In this document: positions 1-7,580 of the stretch, piece after piece
How positions within the stretch are numbered: position 1 is the stretch's first letter
How the letters are laid out: each line of letters opens with the position of its first letter
Assembly: GCF_011393335.1 (NCBI RefSeq)
Contig: NZ_CP049865.1
Span: 1,172,722 to 1,196,721 of the forward strand
DNA length: 24,000 bases
Source: Propioniciclava coleopterorum
GTDB taxonomy: Bacteria; Actinomycetota; Actinomycetes; Propionibacteriales; Propionibacteriaceae
Direction: 5' to 3'
Program-made: the position numbers and the translations under genes
The notes under the pieces: generated by a model
Told to the model about the DNA's origin: nothing
The model's database searches: none
Seen by the model: the letters and a program-made list of their open reading frames with translations, nothing else

Positions 1-1
1 G

Positions 2-256
2 AACACGGCCGCCGCCGGCCAGGAGATGGGCAAGCCCGTCGGCGTCTGCGGCGAGGCCGCGGCCGACCCGCTGCTGGCCTGCATCCTGATCGGCCTGGGC
101 ATCACGTCGCTGTCGATGGCCACCAACGCCATCCCGGCGGTCGGCGTCCAGCTGTCGAAGGTGACCCTGGAGCAGTGCACGGAGGTCGCCGACAAGGTGG
201 TCGCGTCCCGCAACGCGCGCGACGCCAAGGAGCTCGCCGCCGAACTGCTCGGCTGA
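2..256 (+). CDS. ptsI: PTS enzyme I (PEP-protein phosphotransferase), C-terminal fragment; 5' end lies outside the window
   Basis: The frame is open from the window edge. The C-terminal sequence GKPVGVCGEAAADPLLACILIGLGITSLSM carries the CGE active-site Cys motif and the TIM-barrel end typical of PEP-utilising enzymes. Stop TGA at 254-256 is followed by a strong hairpin. A PTS permease operon lies nearby. Confidence 0.8.
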   Translation, partial: NTAAAGQEMGKPVGVCGEAAADPLLACILIGLGITSLSMATNAIPAVGVQLSKVTLEQCTEVADKVVASRNARDAKELAAELLG

Positions 257-268
257 GTCCCCCGCGCC

Positions 269-305
269 CGACGGCGTCCCTCCCCACGCGGGAGGGGCGC
301 CGTCG
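269..305 (+). terminator. Intrinsic-terminator-like hairpin downstream of ptsI
   Basis: Positions 269-284 pair with 290-305 in a 16-bp GC-rich stem with one G-U pair and a 5-nt loop (CACGC). The stem starts 13 nt after the ptsI stop. There is no U-tract, which is common in high-GC actinobacteria. Confidence 0.65.
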
Positions 306-424
306 CCGCGTCCGCGGCACCGGTTACGAGGCGTGCTGTGCGCGGCACCTGGTGCCAACCGCGGGCCCCCGCCCCCGGCTCCGCCTAGCCTGTGGGCTGG
401 CCACCACCGCGACCGAGGGGAACC

Positions 425-3415
425 ATGACCGACACCACGACCGCGCCCGCCAAGGGCGACTTCGCCGCCGCGTCCGGGACCATCTGCCCGCCGCGCTCGC
501 ACCTCGCCTCGGACGCCCGGCGCCTCGACCTGGCCGGGACCTGGGACTTCACCCTGACCACGTCCGGGCGCAGCGTGACGGGGACGATGCCTGTGCCCGC
601 GCACTGGGTGCTGCAGGACGACGGCCGCTGGGGCTCCCCCGCCTACACCAACGTGAGCTACCCGTTCCCCCTCGACCCGCCGCACGTGCCGGACGCCAAC
701 CCCACCGGCCACTACCGCCGCACCGTGACCCTGCCCGCCGACTGGCCCACGGGCGGGTCGAACCGGCTGCGGCTGCTCGGCGTGGAGTCCGAGGCGACGG
801 TGACGCTGAACGGCGCCGTCCTGGGCCTGACGCGCGGCTCGCGCCTGACCCGCGAGTTCGACCTCGGGGACGCGCTGCGGCCCGGCGACAACGTCCTGGA
901 GATCACGGTGCGGCAGTGGTCGCCCGGCTCCTACCTGGAGGATCAGGACCAGTGGTGGTTGCCCGGCATCTTCCGCGACGTCGAACTCCTGCACCGCCCC
1001 GACGGCGGCCTGGAGGACGTCTGGCTCCGGGCGGACTTCGACCCGGCGACCGGCGAGGGGCTGCTGGCCCCGGAGTTCGCCGGCGCGCCCGCCTGGCCGG
1101 TCACGCTGTCCTGCCCGGAACTGGGACTGCAGGTCGCCTGGGACGGCCCGGACGACGTCGCGCCGCTGGCCGTCCCGGGCGGCGAGCCGTGGAGTGCCGA
1201 GACCCCCCGGCTCTACGACGTGACGGTCGGCAACGCCGCCGAGACGGTCGCCCTGCGCGTGGGGTTCCGCCGCTCAGCGATCGTCGACGGGGTCTGGCAG
1301 GTCAACGGGCGCCCGGTGACGCTGCCGGGCGTCAACCGGCACGAGACCCACCCCCGACGCGGCCGGGTGTTCGACGAGGAGGCCGCCCGCGCCGACCTGG
1401 CGCTGATGAAGGCGTACAACGTGAACACCATCCGCACCTCGCACTACCCGCCGCACCCCCGTCTGCTGGACCTGTGCGACGAGGTCGGCCTGTACGTGAT
1501 GCTCGAGAACGACTACGAGACCCACGGCTTCGAGCACATCGGGTGGGAGGGCAACCCCTCCTCGGATCCGCGCTGGCGCGACGCCCTGCTCGACCGGATG
1601 CGCCGCACCGTCGAGCGCGACAAGAACCACGCGAGCGTCATCGCCTGGAGCCTCGGCAACGAGGCGCACACGGGGCCCAACCTGGCCGCGGCCGCCGCGT
1701 GGACGCGCGACCGCGACCCGTCGCGGCCGATCCACTACGAGGGCGACCACGAGGCCGCCTACACCGACGTGTACTCGCGGATGTACCCCACCGTCGAGGA
1801 GGTCGCGCTCGTCCTGGAGCACGACGCGGGGCCGGTGGCGTCGCCCACGCACGAGGCGTCCCGCGCCAGCGCCGAGGACGCGGCCCGCATCCGCACCCAG
1901 CCCTACTTCCTGTGCGAGTACGTGCACGCGATGGGCACGGGACCGGGCGGCATCGAGGGGTACGTGGACGCCATGGCGCACCCGCGGCACGCCGGCGGCT
2001 GCGTGTGGGAGTGGCGCGACCACGCCCTCGAGCGGTTGCTCCCCGACGGGACGCGGGCGTTCGCCTACGGCGGCGACTTCGGCGAGGCGGTCCACGACGG
2101 GAACTTCGTCTGCGACGGCCTGGTGAACGCCGTCTCGCGTCCCGGGGCCGGCCTGGTCGCCTGGGCGAACCTCGTCGCGCCGGTCGTCGCCTCGGTGGAC
2201 GCCGCCGGCGTCGCGGAGGTGCGCAGCCGGCTGGCCCACGCCGACATCGCGGACGGGCTGCTGCGCTGGGAGTGCGTCGGCGCGGACCGGACGCTGACCG
2301 GCGACGTGCCCCTGCCCCGCCTCGCCCCGGGAGCGTCCGTCACGGTCTCGCTCGGCATCGACCCGGACGCGCTGGCCGCCGCCGACGCCGTCACCGTCGC
2401 GGTCCTCGACCCGCGGACGCCGGGGATCGCCCCCCGCGAGCCGCGCGAGATCGACCCCGCCACCGGCGAGCCCCGGCTGCCCGCCGTCGGCGAGCAGACC
2501 GACGCCGGCCGCGTCGTGCACGTCGCCCAGTGGGTCCGACCGAACGACCCTGGCACCACGCCCGAGACCCCTGCCGGCGCTCGTGAAGCCACGCCCGACA
2601 CCCCTGCCGGCGCCTCGGGAGCCACACCCGGCACTGCCGACGGCCCGGCCGGCGCCGACGCCGGGGCCGAGCCGCCCGCCTGGGTGCGGGCGCTCCGCCC
2701 GGTCGTGTTCCGCGCCCCCACCGACAACGACCGCGGCCACCGCCCCTCGGACGCCGACCGCTGGGCCGACGCCCGGCTGGACCTGCTGGAGCATCGCGTC
2801 GTCGGCCGGAACGCGACCGGGATCACGCTGCGCTCCGGCGTCCCCGACGCCGCCCGCCGGATCGACACGCACCTCACCTGGGCCGCGACCCCCGACGGCG
2901 TCCGGGTGCGCGCCACGATGGTGCCCAGCGGCGACTGGCCGACGCTGCCGCGCCTGGGCCTGACCGTCGACCTCGGCCCCGCGTGGGCGGAGGCCGCCGT
3001 GCGGTGGTACGGCCTCGGCCCGACCGAGAACTACCCGGACCTGGCCGGCGGCGTCCGGGTGGGGACGTTCGCCGCGCCCGGGATCGACGACCTGTGGGCG
3101 CCCGAGATCCGGCCGCAGGAGGCGGGCCATCGCGGCGGGCTGCGCCGGCTCACCCTGGAGGGCGCGGGACGGCTCGAGGTCGAGATCGACCCGCACGCCG
3201 AGGGCCGGCGCCCCGGGTTCAGCCTGGCGCGCTGGACCCCCCAGCAGCTCGCCGCGGCGCCGCACGCCGAGGACCTCCCCGACCCGTCGGGGGTCTGGCT
3301 GACCCTCGACGCCCGGCACGCGGGCATCGGGACCGCGTCGTGCGGGCCGGCCACGGACCCGCAGTTCCGGGTCGCGGCCGAGCCGGTGACGCTCACGTTC
3401 ACCGTGCGGGGCTGA
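425..3415 (+). CDS. lacZ: Glycoside hydrolase family 2 beta-galactosidase (LacZ-like, about 996 aa)
   Basis: Continuous ORF. The preferred start is ATG 425, preceded by GAGGGG (415-420); GTG 392 is an alternative. The acid/base motif WSLGNEAHTG and nucleophile motif FLCEYVHAMGTGPGG match the E. coli LacZ E461 and E537 regions. A C-terminal small-chain-like domain is present. Stop at 3413-3415. Confidence 0.9.
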   Translation: MTDTTTAPAKGDFAAASGTICPPRSHLASDARRLDLAGTWDFTLTTSGRSVTGTMPVPAHWVLQDDGRWGSPAYTNVSYPFPLDPPHVPDANPTGHYRRTVTLPADWPTGGSNRLRLLGVESEATVTLNGAVLGLTRGSRLTREFDLGDALRPGDNVLEITVRQWSPGSYLEDQDQWWLPGIFRDVELLHRPDGGLEDVWLRADFDPATGEGLLAPEFAGAPAWPVTLSCPELGLQVAWDGPDDVAPLAVPGGEPWSAETPRLYDVTVGNAAETVALRVGFRRSAIVDGVWQVNGRPVTLPGVNRHETHPRRGRVFDEEAARADLALMKAYNVNTIRTSHYPPHPRLLDLCDEVGLYVMLENDYETHGFEHIGWEGNPSSDPRWRDALLDRMRRTVERDKNHASVIAWSLGNEAHTGPNLAAAAAWTRDRDPSRPIHYEGDHEAAYTDVYSRMYPTVEEVALVLEHDAGPVASPTHEASRASAEDAARIRTQPYFLCEYVHAMGTGPGGIEGYVDAMAHPRHAGGCVWEWRDHALERLLPDGTRAFAYGGDFGEAVHDGNFVCDGLVNAVSRPGAGLVAWANLVAPVVASVDAAGVAEVRSRLAHADIADGLLRWECVGADRTLTGDVPLPRLAPGASVTVSLGIDPDALAAADAVTVAVLDPRTPGIAPREPREIDPATGEPRLPAVGEQTDAGRVVHVAQWVRPNDPGTTPETPAGAREATPDTPAGASGATPGTADGPAGADAGAEPPAWVRALRPVVFRAPTDNDRGHRPSDADRWADARLDLLEHRVVGRNATGITLRSGVPDAARRIDTHLTWAATPDGVRVRATMVPSGDWPTLPRLGLTVDLGPAWAEAAVRWYGLGPTENYPDLAGGVRVGTFAAPGIDDLWAPEIRPQEAGHRGGLRRLTLEGAGRLEVEIDPHAEGRRPGFSLARWTPQQLAAAPHAEDLPDPSGVWLTLDARHAGIGTASCGPATDPQFRVAAEPVTLTFTVRG
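2558..2656 (+). repeat. In-frame 3 x 33-bp tandem repeat inside the beta-galactosidase gene (Thr/Pro/Ala/Gly-rich linker)
   Basis: The units at 2558-2590, 2591-2623 and 2624-2656 encode TPETPAGAREA / TPDTPAGASGA / TPGTADGPAGA. The first two units are near-identical at DNA level and the third is degenerate. Confidence 0.8.
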
Positions 3416-3430
3416 CCCTCAGACGACGAC

Positions 3431-3465
3431 GGAGCGGGCGCCCCAACGCGTGGGACGCCCGCTCC
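3431..3465. terminator. Bidirectional terminator hairpin between the convergent beta-galactosidase and dehydrogenase genes
   Basis: GGAGCGGGCG (3431-3440) is perfectly complementary to CGCCCGCTCC (3456-3465), with extra CCC/GGG pairing inside. The hairpin sits in the 69-nt gap between stop codons 3415 and 3485. Confidence 0.7.
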
Positions 3466-3484
3466 TGGCCGGGGGATCAGGTGG

Positions 3485-4531
3485 TCAGGGTTCGACCGTG
3501 ACCTTGATCGCCTCGCCGTTCGCGACCATGTCGAACGCCGCCATGACGTCGTCGAGCGGCACGTGGCGGGTGATCAGGTCCTTGACCGGGATCTGGCCCG
3601 TCGCGATGTACTCCAGGGCGCGCTTGTGGTGGTCCGGGGCGGACCCGTTCGCGCCGTGGATGTGCAGCTGGCGGTAGTGCACCAGGTTGCTGTCCAGGGA
3701 GATGGTCGGGTTCGTCTTCGGCAGGCCGCCGAAGAACGAGATCCGGCCGTTGCGGGCCGTCATCGCGACGGCCTGCTCCTGGGTGATGTTCGCCGGCGTG
3801 GCGGTGATGACGACGTCGGCGCCGCGGCCGTTCGTCATCTTCATGACCTCCTCGACCACGTTGACGGCCGAGCCGTCGATCGTGGCGTCGGGCTGCACGG
3901 CGTCCGCGGTCATCTTCAGGCGCTCGCCGTTGATGTCGACCAGGACGATCGTCCCGGCCTTGTGGACGCCGCGGGCGATCCGGACGTGCATGGCGCCGAT
4001 CGGGCCGGCGCCGAAGACGACCACGAAGTCGCCCTCCTCGATGCCGAGCTGCTCCTGGGCGTTGATCGCGCAGGCGAACGGCTCCGCGGCGGAGGCCTCG
4101 TCGTAGCCGACGCCGTCGGGGATGCGGTTGAGGCCGTCCACCTTGAGCACCTCGGCGGGCACGATCATGTACTCGGCGAAGCCGCCGTCGTACTGGTAGC
4201 CGACCGAGGTCTGGTTCTCGCAGACCTCCATCCAGCCCTTCCTGCACTCGTGGCATTCGCCGCACGGCACGGCCGCGATCACCTGGACGCGCTCGCCGAC
4301 CTTGAAGTCGCCCTTGGCGTCCGCCCCGACCTCGACGACCTCACCGGCGATCTCGTGACCCATGGTCGTCACGCGGGTGATGTTGGGGTGGCCGTTGTTG
4401 CGGATCTTGACGTCGGTGCCACACATCGAGCAGTTGGCGACCTTGATCTTGACCTCGTCGGGGCCGCATTCGGGCTCGGGGACCTCCTCGAGCCGCACGT
4501 CACCGGGGGCGTAGAACCTCAGTGCCTTCAT
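3485..4531 (-). CDS. Zn-dependent medium-chain dehydrogenase/reductase (sorbitol/threonine/galactitol-1-P dehydrogenase-like); probable polyol(-phosphate) dehydrogenase of the PTS operon
   Basis: 348 aa. Features are the catalytic Zn ligand context (CGTD, GHE), the structural Zn cluster CGECHECRKGWMEVC and the Rossmann motif FGAGPIG. The start ATG at 4531 lies only 9 nt after the EIICBA stop, with SD-like GAGGAG 12 nt upstream, so the two genes are likely co-transcribed. Confidence 0.8.
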   Translation of the reverse strand: MKALRFYAPGDVRLEEVPEPECGPDEVKIKVANCSMCGTDVKIRNNGHPNITRVTTMGHEIAGEVVEVGADAKGDFKVGERVQVIAAVPCGECHECRKGWMEVCENQTSVGYQYDGGFAEYMIVPAEVLKVDGLNRIPDGVGYDEASAAEPFACAINAQEQLGIEEGDFVVVFGAGPIGAMHVRIARGVHKAGTIVLVDINGERLKMTADAVQPDATIDGSAVNVVEEVMKMTNGRGADVVITATPANITQEQAVAMTARNGRISFFGGLPKTNPTISLDSNLVHYRQLHIHGANGSAPDHHKRALEYIATGQIPVKDLITRHVPLDDVMAAFDMVANGEAIKVTVEP

Positions 4532-4540
4532 GGTGATGGA

Positions 4541-6550
4541 TCACTCCTCTTCTTCGGGTGTCAGCAGGTCGACGACCTCGTCCACGCTCGTCGCGGTGCG
4601 CAGGCGCTCGGACTTGGTCTTGTCGGCCAGGGTCGTGGCGAGCGCCGACAGGATGCCGACGTGCTCGTCGCTGTTGGACGCGATCGGGATGACCACGTAC
4701 GCGGTCTTACCGTCCCAATCGACGCCGTCGGGGAACTGCAGGAAGCCCAGGGCCGCCTGCTTGATGTGCGTGCGGGCCTCGTTGGTGCCGTGCGGGATCG
4801 CGACCCCGGACCCGAGGAACGTCGACGTCTGCAGCTCGCGGGCGAGCATCCCGTCGATGTAGCCGGGCTCCGCGGCCCCTCCGACCACCAGCACGTCACC
4901 AGCCTGCCGGATGGCGTCCTCCTTGTCGCGCGCGGTCAGCCCGAGACGGACGTTCCCGCGCGGCAGGACGCCGGCGTCCAGCGTCTTCTTGCGCTTCGGC
5001 TTCGGGGCGGCAGCGGCAGCGGCCGGGGCGGCAGTGGCCGGGGCGGCGCCGGTGGCCTCGCCCAGTCCGCGGGCCGACAGGAGGCGGCCCTCCTTGATCG
5101 CGGTCTCGACGCGGTCGAAGGCCGGATCGCCCATGTAGTTGGTGAACGGGACGACGATCGCGTTCGGCACCGTCTTGCCCGCGCGGGCGGCGAGGCCGTC
5201 CTGGGTGAGCACCACCTGCGCGTCGGCCGGGATCTGGTCGACGGGGGTGTGGGTGACCTCGACGCCGTAGGGCGAGAGCCGCTTCTTCATCTGGGACGCG
5301 ACCATCACCGAGGAACCCATGCCCGCGTCGCAGGCGATGATGACCTTCCGGACGTCCGCGCCGTTGATGGATTCGGCGCCCGCGACGACCGGGGCGACGC
5401 CCGGGGCGGCGAGCATGTCGTGCCCCATCGTCGAGACGGTGTCACCCGCGACGGCGGTGTTGGTGTCGTCCTGCCCGCGGCCGAACTTCAGCAGCGCCGA
5501 GGAGACCACGAACGAGACGGCGGCGGCGGTGAACACCGTGGCCAGCATCGCCGGGAAGCCGTCGCGCGGCGTCACCGCGAGGTAGGCCAGGATCGAGCCG
5601 GGCGCAGGCGAGGCGACGAGGCCGGCGTGCAGCCAGGTGGCGACGAAGAGGCCGGACATCGAGCCCGCGATGGTGCCGAGGATCATGATCGGCTTCATCA
5701 GGATGTACGGGAAGAAGATCTCGTGGATGCCGCCGAAGAAATGGATGATGATCGCGCCCGGCGTGGAGGGACGCAGCGACTTCGGCCCGAAGAACATGAA
5801 GGCGAGCAGCAGGCCCAGGCCGGCGCCCGGGTTGGACTCCACCATGAACAGGATCGACTGGCCGGTCTTCTGGACGTCGAGGGCGGCCAGCGGCGTGAAG
5901 ATGCCGTGGTTGATGGCGTTGTTGAGGAACAGCACCTTGGCGGGCTCGACGAAGATCGACGCCAGCGGGAGCAGGTTCGCCGCGACCAGGAAGTTGACGC
6001 CGCCCGCCAGGATGCCGATGAGCACGGCCAGGACGGGGCCGACGCCGAGGACGCCCAGGATCGCCAGCAGCATGCCGATGATGCCGATCGAGAAGTTGTC
6101 GACGAGCATCTCGAAGCCGGAGGGGATCTTCTCGGAGGTGAGCTTGTCGAAGATCTTCAGGACCCACGCCGCGAACGGGCCCATGATCATGGCACCCAGG
6201 AACATCGGCGTCCCGGACAGGGTCGACAGGTCGGTGATGCCGCCGATGATCGCGCCCATCGTGGCGATGGAGCCGATCACGGCGCCACGCTGGCCGTGGA
6301 CCATCCGGCCGCCGGTGTAGCCGATCAGGATCGGGAGCAGGAAGTAGAGCATCGGGCCGACGAGGTTCGCCAACGTGGCGTTGGGGACCCAGCCCTTCTC
6401 GATGAAGAAGGCGGTGATGAGGCCCCAGGCGATGAACGCGCCGATGTTCGGCATGATCATGCCGGCCAGGTAACCGCCGAACTTTTGGACACGGGCCCGG
6501 ACGCCGGGGCCCTCCAGGTTCTTGTTGACGCGTGCGTCAGGAAGAGTCAT
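4541..6550 (-). CDS. mtlA: PTS mannitol-family transporter, fused EIICBA
   Basis: 669 aa. The N-terminal EIIC is MtlA-like (FGGYLAGMIMPNIGAFIAWGLITAFFI). The EIIB phospho-Cys motif is KVIIACDAGMGSSVM. An Ala/Pro/Lys linker (AAPAAAAAAPKPKRKK) precedes the EIIA phospho-His motif GVAIPHGTNEAR. Confidence 0.9.
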   Translation of the reverse strand: MTLPDARVNKNLEGPGVRARVQKFGGYLAGMIMPNIGAFIAWGLITAFFIEKGWVPNATLANLVGPMLYFLLPILIGYTGGRMVHGQRGAVIGSIATMGAIIGGITDLSTLSGTPMFLGAMIMGPFAAWVLKIFDKLTSEKIPSGFEMLVDNFSIGIIGMLLAILGVLGVGPVLAVLIGILAGGVNFLVAANLLPLASIFVEPAKVLFLNNAINHGIFTPLAALDVQKTGQSILFMVESNPGAGLGLLLAFMFFGPKSLRPSTPGAIIIHFFGGIHEIFFPYILMKPIMILGTIAGSMSGLFVATWLHAGLVASPAPGSILAYLAVTPRDGFPAMLATVFTAAAVSFVVSSALLKFGRGQDDTNTAVAGDTVSTMGHDMLAAPGVAPVVAGAESINGADVRKVIIACDAGMGSSVMVASQMKKRLSPYGVEVTHTPVDQIPADAQVVLTQDGLAARAGKTVPNAIVVPFTNYMGDPAFDRVETAIKEGRLLSARGLGEATGAAPATAAPAAAAAAPKPKRKKTLDAGVLPRGNVRLGLTARDKEDAIRQAGDVLVVGGAAEPGYIDGMLARELQTSTFLGSGVAIPHGTNEARTHIKQAALGFLQFPDGVDWDGKTAYVVIPIASNSDEHVGILSALATTLADKTKSERLRTATSVDEVVDLLTPEEEE

Positions 6551-6616
6551 CGGTGACCTCCATGTGTCGGCCGGCCGCTTCCGTGCGGTCGGGCGGGCGG
6601 CTCACGCCCACGTCGG

Positions 6617-6646
6617 TATCGTGGCGACAAACACAGGCGAAGTCAA
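6617..6646 (-). promoter_or_regulatory. Candidate mtlA promoter (-35 TTGACT; weak -10)
   Basis: On the minus strand, TTGACT (6646-6641) is followed after 18 nt by ACGATA (6622-6617), about 70 nt upstream of the mtlA start. The -10 is a poor match to TANNNT, so this call is tentative. Confidence 0.3.
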
Positions 6647-6661
6647 GAGGTACCGACACAT

Positions 6662-6682
6662 TCAGACATTTCTCATGTCTGA
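6662..6682. promoter_or_regulatory. Perfect 8-bp-arm palindrome TCAGACAT-N5-ATGTCTGA; candidate operator of the PTS operon
   Basis: Read directly from the sequence. It lies in the locally AT-richer intergenic region, immediately upstream of the candidate -35 of mtlA. Confidence 0.5.
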
Positions 6683-6749
6683 TCGTGTTGCTTCCCCGCG
6701 ACGCCCTGCCCCGGATGGGGTGGCGCCGGCGCGCCGCCCACCGCAGCAG

Positions 6750-6769
6750 CCGCCCGAGCCGACGGGCGG
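6750..6769 (-). terminator. Small hairpin just after the pentapeptide-repeat gene stop
   Basis: CCGCCCG (6750-6756) pairs with CGGGCGG (6763-6769) around a 6-nt loop, 5 nt downstream of the stop at 6775-6777 on the minus strand. There is no U-tract. Confidence 0.35.
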
Positions 6770-6774
6770 GCCGG

Positions 6775-7440
6775 TCAGTCGAGGAGCGTCAGGCCCAGGT
6801 GCAGCGCGAACTGCTCGGCGAACCCGGCGGCCTGCTCGGGCGTGATCACCACACCGCGCAGGCTCTCGAAGCCGGCCAGCGCCCCGACCGTGGCGCCGCG
6901 CAGGTCGACGGAGGTGAGGCGGGCGGCGTCCAGGCGCACCTCGCCGATCACGCAGCCCCGGAAGGCCAGCCGCTCGACCCGCGCCTGCCCCAGGTCGAGC
7001 TCGCCGATCCGGCAGTCCTCGAACAACAGGTCCCGCACCTCGGCCGAGCGGAGGTTCACGTAATCGAGCTTGCTGCCCGACACGGCCACGGTCCGGACGT
7101 CCGCCTCGTAGAGTTCGGCGGCGCCGATGCGGGACGCCGCGACGCGCACGTCGCGCCAGGCGCTCCGGGCCGCGCTCAGCAGCGGCGCGTCCAGCCGCTC
7201 GATCCGCGTCTCGACGAAGCGCGCCCCGCGCAGGTCGGCCCCGTCCGCGACGAGGCCGTCGAAGGCGCACTCGTGGAACTCCACGCCCCGCAGATCGCGC
7301 CCGGACAGGTCGACGTCGGCGAACCGCAGCGCGCGGTGGTCCAGATGGGGCTCCACGTCGGACGCCTCCGCGTCCTCGAGCCCCTCCAGGACGAGCGTGT
7401 CGATGACGGGCTCCGCGACGGGCGGACGACGACGGACCAC
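6775..7440 (-). CDS. Pentapeptide-repeat protein (MfpA/Qnr-like fold), about 221 aa
   Basis: There are long runs of A(D/N)LXX-type pentapeptides (DLSGRDLRGVEFHECAFDGLVADGADLRGARFVETRIERLD...VRLDAARLTSVDLRGATV). The start is set at GTG 7440 because codons upstream of it have low GC3 and GAAGGAAGTGGGGA precedes it. The track's longer ORF, running to 7524, is probably too long. Confidence 0.75.
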   Translation of the reverse strand: MVRRRPPVAEPVIDTLVLEGLEDAEASDVEPHLDHRALRFADVDLSGRDLRGVEFHECAFDGLVADGADLRGARFVETRIERLDAPLLSAARSAWRDVRVAASRIGAAELYEADVRTVAVSGSKLDYVNLRSAEVRDLLFEDCRIGELDLGQARVERLAFRGCVIGEVRLDAARLTSVDLRGATVGALAGFESLRGVVITPEQAAGFAEQFALHLGLTLLD

Positions 7441-7515
7441 GGGATCCCCACTTCCTTCAGGCAACCCCGCCAGTATCCCCCGCGGCGGCCGGGGGCCCCG
7501 CCGAGCAACATGCGC

Positions 7516-7544
7516 TTGCATCACGACAGTTCACGATATATCGT
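7516..7544 (+). promoter_or_regulatory. Candidate padR promoter (-35 TTGCAT, 17-nt spacer, -10 TATCGT) overlapped by the 12-bp palindrome ACGATATATCGT (7533-7544)
   Basis: This is the only AT-rich patch in the pentapeptide/PadR divergent intergenic region. The -10 fits actinobacterial TANNNT. The perfect palindrome overlies the -10, a typical autoregulatory operator geometry. Confidence 0.45.
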
Positions 7545-7580
7545 TAGTGTCATGGTGTACGACACACGAAAGGAACCACC

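Noticed and set aside
344-356. Palindrome GGCACC-T-GGTGCC upstream of the beta-galactosidase gene as an operator
   Set aside because: It is short and GC-rich, does not resemble LacI-family operators, and no regulator gene is adjacent. It could easily be chance in this composition.
175-3319. Long alternative-frame and antisense ORFs over the beta-galactosidase gene (175-2586 +, 1274-3319 -, 2065-2916 -)
   Set aside because: They are Arg/Pro/Gly-rich nonsense translations. The 425-3415 frame carries the GH2 catalytic motifs.
3563-6556. 997-aa plus-strand ORF spanning the dehydrogenase and mtlA loci
   Set aside because: It is antisense to two genes with clear family motifs. Its translation is dominated by R/G/D/A/V/H low-complexity sequence, typical of shadow ORFs in high-GC DNA, and I recognise no motifs in it.
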